Shown here piece by piece: positions 52,729 through 64,000 of a DNA stretch of 64,000 nt (positions are counted from its first letter, which is position 1; each line of letters starts with the position of its first letter). This DNA comes from Amoebidium appalachense (lineage: Eukaryota > Protista > Ichthyosporea). The notes below the pieces were generated by a model that searched no databases, had not been told where the DNA came from, and worked only from the letters and a program-made list of their open reading frames with translations. A program made the translations under genes and the position numbers. The DNA lies in assembly GCA_963693365.1 (NCBI GenBank), contig CAVNZM010000009.1, positions 6,257,045 through 6,321,044 of the forward strand, in the 5' to 3' direction.

Positions 52729-54239
52729 ATGAAGCCAGGCTGCCCTAAGGGCACAACACAGCGCCCTGGGCATAAAACAGGCGGAGCTAGGGAGGGAGCT
52801 GGGCGCAAAAAAAAAGATGCTGCATTTGTTCAGCCTTTAGCGAACTTTGCAGGTTTTGGGACGGCAAACAAAGCTGTTTTGCAGGAACTAAACGTAAACG
52901 TACAACCCGAACAGCCCCCTCTATCTAAGGCCGCCGACATAAGGGCCCGTGTAGTTGAGGCAGGTAGCGTCCATTCGTTACCAAGAGAAATGGATCGGGC
53001 CCCTGCTCCACACCCACCAGACATACAGGTGCAACCCGACGAGGAACCTTTGCTAAATGCAGCAGCAGATGCGTACCGGGTAGACGAGGATGAAGGGGAG
53101 GAAGAGGGAGAAGATAATACGGACGGGGATGACGGTGGAGAGGAGTTTTCTGACGCGGCGGGCGAAACAATCAAGTCGCACCTGCACACAGTGAAAGAGA
53201 GTCTCAAAGATGAGAAGACGCCTGTGGGGTGGCATCTTCCACCTCCCATTATAGGCTTTAAATTTGGGGGCGATCCAGCGCCTTTCTACAAACCCAGATG
53301 TTTTGCCTGGCTTCCGGAAAGGTTGTCTCCCGGTTTCATGGTGCCGTGCCCCTTCGATGATCACTACGTGGACCCCCACAACCACCCCAACCCACACCGT
53401 ACTTCTCGCAATGGGTTCATGAGCAACCCCGTAGGACGGCGTGTTATCGACTTTGACAGCTGCTACTACATTATCACGGCCCGGTACTTTTGTGACACAT
53501 GCAAAAAAAACTTTGCCGGCACAAACCCCCAGACAATTAAACGCCTTCCACTCTTCATGCGTGATCAGTTTCCGGCCTACCTTAGCCACCGCAGTGGGCT
53601 CGACCTAAAGGTGGTAACATTGTTGCGTGCACTGGCAGACAAAGGTGTGGGCCCAAACGCCTTTGCCACCCTCCTCTCGGAGCTCCACAAGCAGCGATAC
53701 GACGAGCAGCGGCTCCTGTATTACTCGAGGGCGCTGCATTGGACCAAGTATGAACTCAAAAAGCGTAACGATTTCCGCCCCCACGACCAGCGCCTGACAG
53801 AACTTCCCCCAGAGGAGCAGGCGGCTAAGTTCTCGGCGTTTGGTGACAAAAAATGGTTACGCTGGACATGTGCCTTCAGGCAAGTGTGCACTGCATTTTG
53901 GGTGTGTAAATGGTCCCCATTGTTTTGTATGCACGTGCTTGGGCATTTTTTGGGTTGGCTTGGTAGGGTTTTGTTTTATTATTTTTTATTTTTTTTTTAG
54001 GGGGGGGGGGGGGACTTGGAAATGGGTTTTGGAAGTGTGGTCAATAAGTTTCTATTATGGTGGTGGTGGATGTGTGGTGGTGGATGTGCGCCTGTGAGTG
54101 TGCGTGTACTTGTGGGTCCGTGTGTGTGTGTGTGTGTGTGGGGAGGGGGGGGGGGGGGGGGGGGAGGGGGGAGGGGGAGATGGTGATGGATTAGGTGGTG
54201 GTGGTGGCAATCAGTCATGGTGGTGGTGGTGGTGGTGGT

Positions 54240-54272
<33 letters not shown>

Positions 54273-54421
54273 GGGCAGAGGGATCATCAGAGGGGTGAAA
54301 GCATAACGGTCCATGTACCAGTGAGTGTGCTTGGGAAATCGTGGAGAACTGTTATGCCTGAAATTAGATGGTGGGTGTGCGCATGTGTGTCTGTGTGTGT
54401 TGGGGGAAAGGAGGTGGAGAG

Positions 54422-54463
<42 letters not shown>

Positions 54464-57400
54464 GGGCACATGGTGGTAGACTGGATCTTGGTGGCGGTAC
54501 TTAATGGTTATTATAGTAGTGGCAGGAGGGTGTGGGGGGAAGGGCAAACGGACGTGCAGGGGACAAACTGCAGATGGGGCACAAAGGGGAAAGAAGGTGA
54601 AAGTTGGTGCAATGACTTGGAGGGTTTGCGCGCGCCGGGAGGCGGGGGGAGGGGGGGGGGGGAGGGGGGGGGGGCAAACGGCCGGAGATGGGTGTGTAGC
54701 GTTTTTGAGATGGGAAAAGCCATACAGACTTACGAAAATACAGAGAGGTGAGATGAACACGAGGGACTAGAGGGAATGGGGGGGATGGTCCTGATGGGAG
54801 GGTGGTGGAGTTCTAACAGTACTTGGGGTTCAGGCAAATACCTGAGTGCCGTGTATACTGAGTTCAGCGACCGCACGGCAAAGTACCAGAGCCTGGACAC
54901 GCAGCTCAAGCCCGTAAACAACGTGCTCAAGGCCGACCACACCTTCCAAATTGGGAAGCTCACCGGCATCAATGGGGAGCCTCTGTACCGAGGCCTATGG
55001 ACTTGTGTAAACGAGCTTGGCGGTGTGTGGTCCCTCCTCTTCTCCCCCCCTCCCCCCACTCTCCCCCAGGCCCCCTCTCCCCCCCCCTCCCCCCCCCCCA
55101 CACACGCCCACCCCCCCCCCCCCCCCACACACACACACACACACGCCCCCCCTCCCCCCCCCCCCCCTCCCCCCTCCCCCTCTAGGGCCTTTAAATCTCT
55201 TAGGCTCCACATTTAATGAGGTGGCACACTGTGAGTAGAGGTTTGTAGTATGTGGGTTTTGGGGACAATTCTTGCCCTGTCGAGCAAAAACTAGGAAGCT
55301 CCAGATATGTGTGTATGTGTTTTTGCTGGGTAGAGATTGGGGTGGGCTGGGGTGGAGCTTTCTTTTGGCGGGGAATCGGGGGGGGGGGGGGGGGGGGGGG
55401 GAGGGGGGGGGGGGGGGGGGGGGGGGCAAGCTTCTGCCAAGCAGAATGGGAGTAGGGGCCAGTGATTGCAAGGGATGGGAGGGGGGGGGGGGGGGGGGGG
55501 AGAGACACCACCGTCGGGGTTGAAGGTAGAGAGGGCAAGAGGCCCGGGGTGGGGTGGGGGGGGGGGGGGGGGGACAGTAGGTGCCATATGGAGGGCTGTC
55601 CCATGGTTTGGGGGGAGGGGGAGTGGGGAAGGATCGTGGGCACATGGGTTTGGGGGGAAGGCAGAGAGGGGGAAAGGATTGTGATCACAAGGGTTTAGGG
55701 GGAGGAAGGGGGAAGGATTGTAGGTACATGGGTTTAGGGGGGAGGGGGGGGGGAAGATTTTGGGGGAAAGGGAGGCCTGGGGAAAGTATGTGGGCACATG
55801 GGTTTGGGGGGAAGGAGGGGGAAGGGTTTTGGGGGAGAGGGAGGGGAAAGTATGTGGGCACATGGGTTTGGGGGGAGGGAGGGGGAAAGGATTGTGTGGG
55901 CACTGAAGTCTCGTGAAGGGCCATGTGGTAAGGGAAGCTAGAACATGCATGGCTGCTCGGAGATGCCCTCTCACACAGTGCGGCACCCCAGAGATCCGGG
56001 CGCAGGTATTTACACGGGACTGCAGCCACCAGGAGATTGAGCCCGTGATCCAGCGCATCTCTGCCACCACGGCGGCGCTCAACAGCAAGGGCCCGGCCTT
56101 CTTCTACACAGATCGGTGCTGCCAAGACCGGGCGTTTGTTGAGCGCATGTTTCCAACCCTAGCCCGGCCAAAATGCCCCGTCCGTCTGAACGAGGCTGCG
56201 CTGGTAAGCGTGACGGACGGTCTGCCTGGGCTGGAGCTGCCGGCCAACTACCCTAAGCCGGTGTACACCGACTGCCAGGGGGCGGTGGTGGCTACAGCGG
56301 CCATTCGTGCCGACCTGGAGGGGCAGCAGCACCGCGTGGTGGGGCTGGACTGCGAGTGGGTCTATCGGGTGGGCCAGGCGCGGTCCAAGGTTTGCACGCT
56401 GCAGATTGCCACCGCACGGGCCGTGTACATCTTCCACTTGGCACGCATGGGCCCCAACCACAGCCCGCCCGCGCGGCTGGTGGACGAGCTGATTGCGCTG
56501 CTTAGGGACCCCAGCATCATCAAGGTGGGCAAGCAGATCGGCACGGACTCGGCCCACCTCAACAAGGACTACGGCACCCCTGTGGCCAGCTATCTGGAGC
56601 TGGGCCGGTTCTGCTATGCCCGTGCAGCTATCACCTCTGCGGCCCGGGGCTTGGCCGACATCACTGCCCAGGTCATAGGCAAGAAGCTGCCCAAGCCGGC
56701 ACTTGTTCGATGCTCCAACTGGCACGAGCCGCTATCAGAGGTGCAGGCCACCTACGCTGCCCTTGATGCATATGCGTCCCTGCAGGTCTACTCGGCCGTG
56801 GTCGATAGGCCAAACCTGTCAGGTGTGTATCCCACCTGCTTTTTGCCCCAGTGCTTATGTGCTTATGCCAGATATAGAAAGATTGTGGGCCCCCCAGAGG
56901 AGAGGGGAGGGGGAGGAGGGGGGGGGGGGGGGGGGGGGGGGGGTGGCTGACCACATGGGCCAGTGTTCCAGTTGTGTTATGCTGGGTGTCGGGTGGCTAT
57001 CAAAGGAGGGGGTGATTGGTGGTGGTGGTGGTGGTGGTGGGGGGGGGGGGGGGGGGGGGGGGGGCTATAGCACTGTTAACACGTGCAAGTGCCACACAAG
57101 CTGGGCACTGGGAGAGGGGGGGGGGGGAGGGAGAAGGGGGGGGGGGGGGGGGAAGGGGGTTGCTAAGGAATATGCATTTGATTTTTGTGGAGCGAAGAGA
57201 AAAACGTTGGTGCTGTGGCTTTTTGGCTGAGTTTTTTGCTTCCCTCTATGACATGCAGCGCGGCTTCATGCAAAGGCACTCGGTGAAGGGGTTGAGATTG
57301 TGCCCCGGCGGGGCCCACATGCTGCAGCAGCCACCGGGGTGGTGCTGGCTGTGCAGCCGGAGCGCTGGGGGGGCATGAAGGTGGGCAAGAAGCATGCAGT

Positions 57401-58104
57401 GGTGCGGGTGGATCAGGTGCTGTCGCCGGCCATGCAGGTGCCCTTTGGCCCCGACAAGGGCAAGACCCTGGGAGAGCTGGGCCCGCCGCCCTTTGAGCTG
57501 ATGGTGCACCTGCAGTGGCTACGGCCCATTCAGCCCCCACCGGACCCAGGTGCCGAGGTGCCGGTGGTCCCTGACCCAGCCCCTCCCCCTGCCAGTCCTC
57601 CCCCTGCCGAGCAGCAGCAACCCCTTGCCGGCCCACAGGCACCCCCCCAGGACCCCCAGGCAGCCCCGGGGGCCTTGAGGCAGCCCCAGGGGGACCCGAG
57701 GCAGCTCCCAGAGAGGGCATGTTGGGCCAGGCACCGCCTGGGGAGGTGGTGTGGCAGACTGTGCTGAATGACGCCTTCCACTCCATTGCAAACACGGCGG
57801 ACGGCACGTACAAGTCACACCCCCGCAGGGCTGAGTACGCACGCTCACTCAGCGAGGCAATATTTGTGTGGAATGAAGAGGATTACGGACATGTGAAGGT
57901 GCCCCCCCCCCTCCCCCCCCCCCCCCCAAAATAAAAAATAAAAAATAAAAATAAAAAAAACGGCAACAACAACATGCGTGACTGACGCGCACACACACAT
58001 ACACTCGTTAGCACACACTCACCATTCCACCCACAACCATGCACACCTTCGACAAAACTTCTGAGGGAAGAGAGAGAGCCTGAGCCTCAGAGAGAGGGGG
58101 GGGA

Positions 58105-58137
<33 letters not shown>

Positions 58138-58730
58138 GGGGGGGGGAGGGGGGAGGAGAGTGGGGGTTATTCATATGCCTAGAGAGAAATAATGTAGGGT
58201 TGTGGGGGGAAATAGCCACATGCATTTTTTACTTGTGTTGGGGGAGAAGATGGGGGGGGTGGAGGGGAGGGGTCCTACAATAACGGCAGGTATCAAAGTC
58301 TACCAAACCCAAATTGCAGTGTGCGTAGTAAATTAATATTGGCATCCTGCCTCACAGGGGGTGCTGGAGCAGAAGGGCATCGACATTGAAACCGAGCTCA
58401 AGGGCGGCGACCTGAGCTACTTCATGGAGCGCATCCGGCGGGTTATTCCCGACCCATACACGCTGGTCTCGCGGCTGGTGGAGTTCAAAAACACCTACAA
58501 GGATGTGCCGCCCGGACCGGATGGCAAGCCTCTGTTCAAGAAGGATGGCTTTGAAAGACTCGAGGCAACAACCCCCCCCCCCCCCCCCCCCCCTCCCCTG
58601 CAGGCGCCCAACAACTCCACCACCACAGAAAAGATTCTTCGCTTATTTGTCATCCTTGGTTCATCTGCACACACACGCACACCCTAGCCTCCCCCCCCCC
58701 CCCCCCCCCCCCTCCCCCCCCCCCAAACAT

Positions 58731-58796
<66 letters not shown>

Positions 58797-58868
58797 CCCG
58801 CACGGCCCTTGCTGCCTAGCCAGTTGTTTTTTGCCTTTCCCTGCTCGTTTTTTTCCTTAGCAACCCCA

Positions 58869-58913
<45 letters not shown>

Positions 58914-60582
58914 ACACACATACACACACACTACCACCACCACCACCCACCCATCTCTCTGATGTTTGCTTGTGCCCCCACAGTCGCTGCTCGAACACGC
59001 CCAAAATGGCTGTCTGTCGGACCCCCCCGGCCTGCCCCTCTACTACGAGACCACTGCCGACGCAGATGGGCTCATGCGCTACCGCTGCATCCGGGGCACC
59101 AACGAGGTGGAGGGGGCAGTGCACAACCCCCTGGCCACCCACTTTGGGGCCACACGCATGTCGCTGCGCCTGCTGGACGCCACCATGTCCAATAGGCGCC
59201 ACCGCCACAACCTGCGTGCACACTACCGCAACCGCCTGGGTCAGGCATCGGGGCCCCCCCACTACAGCCCCTGGATTGTTGACGACATGGAGGCACTGGC
59301 GCTGATGCTGTACGGCCATCACCTCGACCCCCAGTGGGTACCCGTAGGCTGCTACAAGCTACCGGAGGAGTACTTCAACTTTGCCCCGCTCTCCTGTGTG
59401 GCCAATGCCCCGGCGCAGGAGCCAGTTGCGGTGCCCGCACCCCCACCTCCGTCTGATAACATCGAGCCTGCAGCCAATGGCGTGATGGGCGGGCCAGAGG
59501 ACTGTGAGGTCGAGGAGGGTGACGGTGCTGCCATGGGGGGGGGCAACCAGGTGGCGCGTGGTGCACCACAGCCGGACCCTGCACTGAGGGGCGACTACAA
59601 GTTCCTGGCGCAGAAGCAACATGTGGCCATCCCCTTCCTTCCGGTGCTTACCCCTCAGGAGCGCAAGCTATTCAGCACGCTGCTCCTGGGCACCTACAAG
59701 GCACATGCAAAGCCCAACGGCCAGCTGTTCGAGGCTTTGGCCCAAGACTTCAACAAGGCTGCCTCTGTGGCTGGGGGAATCTACATGAAGGATGCGGCCT
59801 ACATCAAGAAGCATTTCGACAAGTGGAAGACCTGGCAGACGGCACATGCACAGCGCTCCACACACGAGGGCCTGGCAGATCACCGCAAGCGTATGCGCGA
59901 GGAGAGGGCAGACGCTGTGCCAGCAACCATACGGCCTGCCCCCTTGCCACCCCTCCCTGTTCCAGACGGTGTCGATGCAGGGGCGCAGCGTGAGCGGCCC
60001 TTGCCCATGCTAGTGGGCAAAAAGCATCGCAACATTGGCCCTGAGGGGCCCCTGCAGATGGATTTGCCGGTGCCCCCTCCTATGCAGCCACCCCAGAGAG
60101 CCCCCAAGACCTGCAAGACGTGTGGCCGCCAGGGCAAGGGCTGCCCCGGCTCCAATCGGGCCAAGAGCTGCCCACGTTGGGTTGCAGCCAATCAGGATGC
60201 CATGCCACCAGCACCCGCGCTTGACATGCAGCAGGGCCATGTGCCGCACATGCCCCCTGCACCCCATCCAGGCCCGCACCACCCACATGGCTGGCCCCCA
60301 CCGTGGGGCATCATGCCGCCTCAGCCCGGCCCTGCCTTCCCCATGCCTGGGCTACTGCCGCAGCACGGTCCCCATCCTTACTTGGGCCATGTGGGCCAGC
60401 CCTCGGCTGGTGGGCAGTTCCCACCCCCTTCTCGTGCATCTGCTGTGCTGGGCCTGGCGTTGCCACCTGCTGGAGAGACGCAGCTGCAATGGCACGATCG
60501 AAAGCAAAGTAATCGTGGCCGCAAGTCTGCAGGCAGCCAATCAGGATCTCAGAGTAGTCAGAGTAGCCAAACTAGTGTCTAA
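52729..60582 (+). CDS. Dada-like DDE transposase with an embedded DEDDy 3'-5' exonuclease; 6 exons, two apparent homopolymer frameshifts
   Basis: Exons 52729-53879, 54834-55022, 55992-56822, 57259-57898, 58358-58564 and 58984-60582. N-terminal Zn-finger-like CPFDDH...YFCDTC. Catalytic candidates D1 LKADHTF, D2 FYTDRCC, DxxH LNDAFH and E RGTNEVEG. Exonuclease motifs VGLDCEW / KVGKQIGTD / YAALDA lie between D2 and DxxH. C-terminal CKTC...CPG...C finger. Frameshifts at ~53848-53853 (A6) and ~57670-57700. Confidence 0.85.
55630..55903. repeat. G-rich degenerate minisatellite (~40-60 bp units) in transposase intron 2
   Basis: Repeated TGTGGGCACATGGGTTTGGGGGGA(A/G)GG...GGAAAG(G/T)AT. Confidence 0.8.
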
Positions 60583-60817
60583 TATTGGAATGTACACCAA
60601 TGTAACGGATCTCATATGTGTTGTAGTGCTTCAAGTTATACCTGTTCTTCGTACAGTCATGTTAGGGGGGAGGGGGGGGGGGGGGGGGGGGGGGGCTAGC
60701 TTTCATTCCGAAGTTTACTGTAAAGAATTAAAATTTAGAATCTGAGTAATAGTACAGAGCCTTTGCACTTTTCTCTGTTTGTTAGGAATTCTTTGTGATC
60801 GAGAGTATGGTGTGTTA

Positions 60818-61021
60818 GACTATTGGTGTTAATGTGTCCTGGAAGGTGTATAATGTCTGCTGGCCGTAGTCAGTATCTATTTTTAGGTATATAGTATATT
60901 TTTAAATGTTGGCCGCTGGCCAATAAATAGCAAATAATAAACACACGATAAAGTCAACAGCGTGCCAAAAAACTAATCCCCAGCGAGCGCACCCAGTGAT
61001 GTGTGTGTGTGTGTGTGTGTC

Positions 61022-61085
<64 letters not shown>

Positions 61086-61567
61086 CGCGTGCGTGCGTGT
61101 GTGTGTGTGTGTGCGTGCGTGCGTGCGTGTGTGCGTGTGTGCGTGTGTGCGTGTGTGCGTGTGTGTGTGTGAGTGTGTGTGTGTGTGTGTGTATGTGTGG
61201 TGTGGTGTGTGCGCGGCTTGTACATATGTACGTGTTCATGTGCACCTGTGTCGGACCTACGAAGTACATGAAAGTAAATTTTGACAGCATCGATCTGCCG
61301 GTGTGTATGTGTATGTGTGCCAGTGCAGCAGGTGTGCCTTGTAACTGATAGCTTCGCATTTTACGTGTGTGTATATATAGTAGTACGCATAGACACTTGC
61401 TGATCATTCGGATCGACATTAATATTTAATCTGTCGGTCCTCGGTTTTTTGAGTGAATGATGATCAAGTGTAAGAGCATTCACTTGGCAAGTATTAATGT
61501 TGCAGAGGCTAGCTGCAGCTGCAAGCGTCGGATGCACACTGACAATTGTCTTTTCAGCGAGTCTAAC
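60818..61567 (-). CDS. Possible 3' exons of an unidentified gene convergent with the transposase
   Basis: Phase-compatible candidate exons ~61397-61567 ([21 protein letters not shown]...VDPNDQQ), ~61246-61294 ([16 protein letters not shown]) and ~60818-60876 ([19 protein letters not shown]). No homology recognised. Confidence 0.3.
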
Positions 61568-62413
61568 CTGCAGGCAGCAGCTGCACACATATAGGGTTGT
61601 TATCTTGCGGCACATGCACGGTGATCATTTCAGAGTAATAGAGTTCAGAGCAATGAAAATAATGAAAATAACTAAACTTTGTGACTACTTTAAAGTTGCT
61701 GAGATCATACGTGGTGCAAGCTGCACTATGAACACATGTATAGTGCTAGTAATTAATACATTTTTGTTGCCTTCTGCAGGGTTATCGTAGCTACGTCACG
61801 GCCTGCACTCAGGGGGGGGGAGGGGGGGGGAGAGGGGGATGATTCGAAGGGGGTATAAATAAGAACATGCACCTAAAGGTCTTTCCCGTGGATCCTCCCC
61901 CCTCCCCCCCCCCCCACCTCTCCCCTCCCCCGGGGCCCCATACTATGATATCTAGGCCCAATATTATATGCCCCTTCCCCCCCCCCCCCCCCCCCCTCCT
62001 CTCCGGATCCCCGGACCCCACTTCCCTACCCGGAGGCTCAAGAGCTCCCCCCCCTCCCCCCTCCCCCCTCTCCCCCCCCCCCCCCCCCCCCCCAAGGCTT
62101 ACGGGGGCCCTTCTTCATCGAGGGGGAGGGGGTGGGGGTGGGGGGGGGTGGGGGGAGGGGGTGGGGGGGAGGGAAGTGGAAGGCGGGGGTGGATGCATGT
62201 CAGCCTAGGTGAATTCAATTGTTTAACTCCAGTGTGCAGGACTGGTCTGAAGGCTTAAGAAAACAACGAGGAAATGGGGTCCAGTGGAGGTGGTGGTGGT
62301 GTTCTGTGTGTGTGTGTACACGTGCACGTATGTGTGTGGTTTTTTTAAGGGGTGAGTGGTGGTGGTGGTGGTGGTGGTGGTCACCGTGGTGGTGGTGTGT
62401 GTGTCTGGTGTGT

Positions 62414-62466
<53 letters not shown>

Positions 62467-63743
62467 TAGAAAGAAAAACTGCTCGTGGGTCACTGTTTTT
62501 CGTCACTGTATTTGTAACGGGCCGCTCATATTTATATAACTACTTTAATTTAAGTACACGTGTTCATTATCATATACGATGGCCAAATATAGAAATTTTG
62601 GCGTCGAAGTTCTTGGAGCTAAAAAAACGTTTAAAAGGGGGAAATAATAGCTTGGCCCCAAATTTACCTTGCCGTTTTTAGCGAATGTATTTTTTATTCA
62701 TGAGTTCTAGTGATTCAGTGAGTGCACGTGCCTGCCTCAGGCTGATCATGACAACTGCAACACACCATTCCTACATGGATATCAACCAAAAGAAAATAGT
62801 ATATACTGTGGTGGTCTCCTAAACCTTGTGCGGCATGCGCATACATGATATTACAGTGACGCATGTGCATATTATTGTTCTGTACACCGGAGTGTGCCGG
62901 TGCACGTGGCTGTTTTGTGCACATGTTACAATAGCAGCACGATCTCCCTAAACTCCATGTTTACACATCCCTCACCCTGGCTCTGCCTTGTCGGTGCTCC
63001 AAAACACACATACAAATCCCCCTAGACTCAGTGCCTGCACATGGTCGCATTCACGTGCAGGTCACGTGACACATGCGATGCCATACTGCCGTCTACAGCA
63101 ACAACCACGGCAGCATGTATACCGGCCCAGCACGAAATATACTTATCGGCAGCCCACTGAACTCGCCCATTTTCTCTTTTTCATGTATGTCCCTCCTTTT
63201 TTGTAAAATCACCCTTTTTGGCCTCCCGGTAGTGGATTTTGCAGGATTTGACTTCTTTGAGGTCCAAAAACCTCAAATTTTCCCCGGCGGGGCCGGGGAG
63301 GGAGAATTCAAAAATTGCCCGCTCCTGATATGGTACCCGGGCCCTTCTAACCCCCTTAGTTATGCTCGTCGTTGATATATGAAGCTTCACCTCCCATGCA
63401 TCCCAGCATCATGGAACATGTAAAGACACCTGCATGAATCCACAAATAGCTATGTTTTCTTTGTCCTTGCGTGACCCGGGCCCTTTTAACATCATTGATT
63501 CCTTGTCTCGCACGTTACGCTTACTTGCTAAACTGTGCATAATATAATTAGCTAGTATAGTGTAATAAATAGCTCGGTGTAGTGCATTTCGTTAACTTAG
63601 TAAAGCCACGGTGTAACAACTGGGTGGTTCTTGAGTCCGGCACCAGACTTCAACCGGCACCATGCCTCGGTTTACGTTTGGGCCTGCACCTATGTGGGCC
63701 GCTGACCCTATCCAAAGTAAGAGTTTCAGCAGTTCTCGTACCA

Positions 63744-63840
63744 TCTCTCTCTCTCCTTCTCTCTCTCCCTCTCTCTCTCCCTCTCTCTCCCTCTCTCCCT
63801 CTCTCTCTCCCTCTCTCCCTCTCTCTCTCTCTCTCCCCCC

Positions 63841-63922
<82 letters not shown>

Positions 63923-64000
63923 CCCCCCCCCTCTCTCTCTCTCCCCCCCCTCTCTCCCCCTCCCTCTCTCTCTCTCTCTCCCCCCCCTCCCTCTCTCCCC
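63744..64000. repeat. (CT)n / C-rich polypyrimidine tract
   Basis: Direct reading; runs to the end of the window. Confidence 0.95.

Larger units (their letters stand above)
52140..60995 (+). mobile_element. Dada-superfamily-like DNA transposon (termini not determined; coordinates only bracket the gene)
   Basis: Transposase motifs and the exonuclease insertion position match my recollection of Dada proteins. No TIRs found, which is consistent with Dada. No TSD or disrupted small-RNA gene could be established. Confidence 0.6.

Noticed and set aside
60864-61472. 11-nt matches to the 5S rRNA 5' end (GACTACGGCCA, minus strand) and to U2 snRNA (GATCAAGTGTA)
   Set aside because: Neither match extends, and both fall in candidate coding exons.
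63181-63390. 69-aa minus-strand ORF (KLHISTTSITKG...)
   Set aside because: No recognisable domain or clear splice context, and the DNA looks like a non-coding repeat remnant.
52218-63645. Split tRNA target for the Dada-like element (GCCGCGGTGGCTC at ~52219 and TAGCTCGGTGTAG...CCGGCACCA at ~63570-63645)
   Set aside because: The joined halves give no matching acceptor stem, no anticodon arm and no proper T-loop (GTTCRA), so this is probably chance.

Overview
Intron-rich eukaryotic DNA, probably from an opisthokont or holozoan-like protist (an inference from NDFIP-like, Dbl-family RhoGEF and B-type cyclin genes). Introns are packed with poly-G/poly-C and (CA)n/(TG)n tracts, so nearly all long ORFs in the supplied track are low-complexity artefacts. 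Exon models were assembled by hand from splice signals and phase. Left to right: (1) a ~184-bp satellite (~835-3085) and a TATTGGCAATA motif array, inside a poorly resolved minus-strand gene; (2) a ~4-kb Ngaro/PAT-type tyrosine-recombinase retroelement with split direct repeats (10886-14876) that keeps gag and an intact recombinase but has lost RT-RNaseH; (3) a large minus-strand DH-PH-SH3-HR1-like RhoGEF gene (16301 to at least 32449); (4) a small secreted CxxxC-repeat protein (33130-33396); (5) a divergent B-type cyclin (34581-42502) behind a CCAAT/E2F/CHR-like promoter; (6) an NDFIP-like membrane protein (45222 to ~49700); (7) a six-exon Dada-like DDE transposase with an intact DEDDy 3'-5' exonuclease and an SH3-like domain inserted in its catalytic core (52729-60582), whose ends and target I could not find. 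The best candidates for novel biology are the two mobile elements, the RhoGEF architecture and the cysteine-rich peptide.
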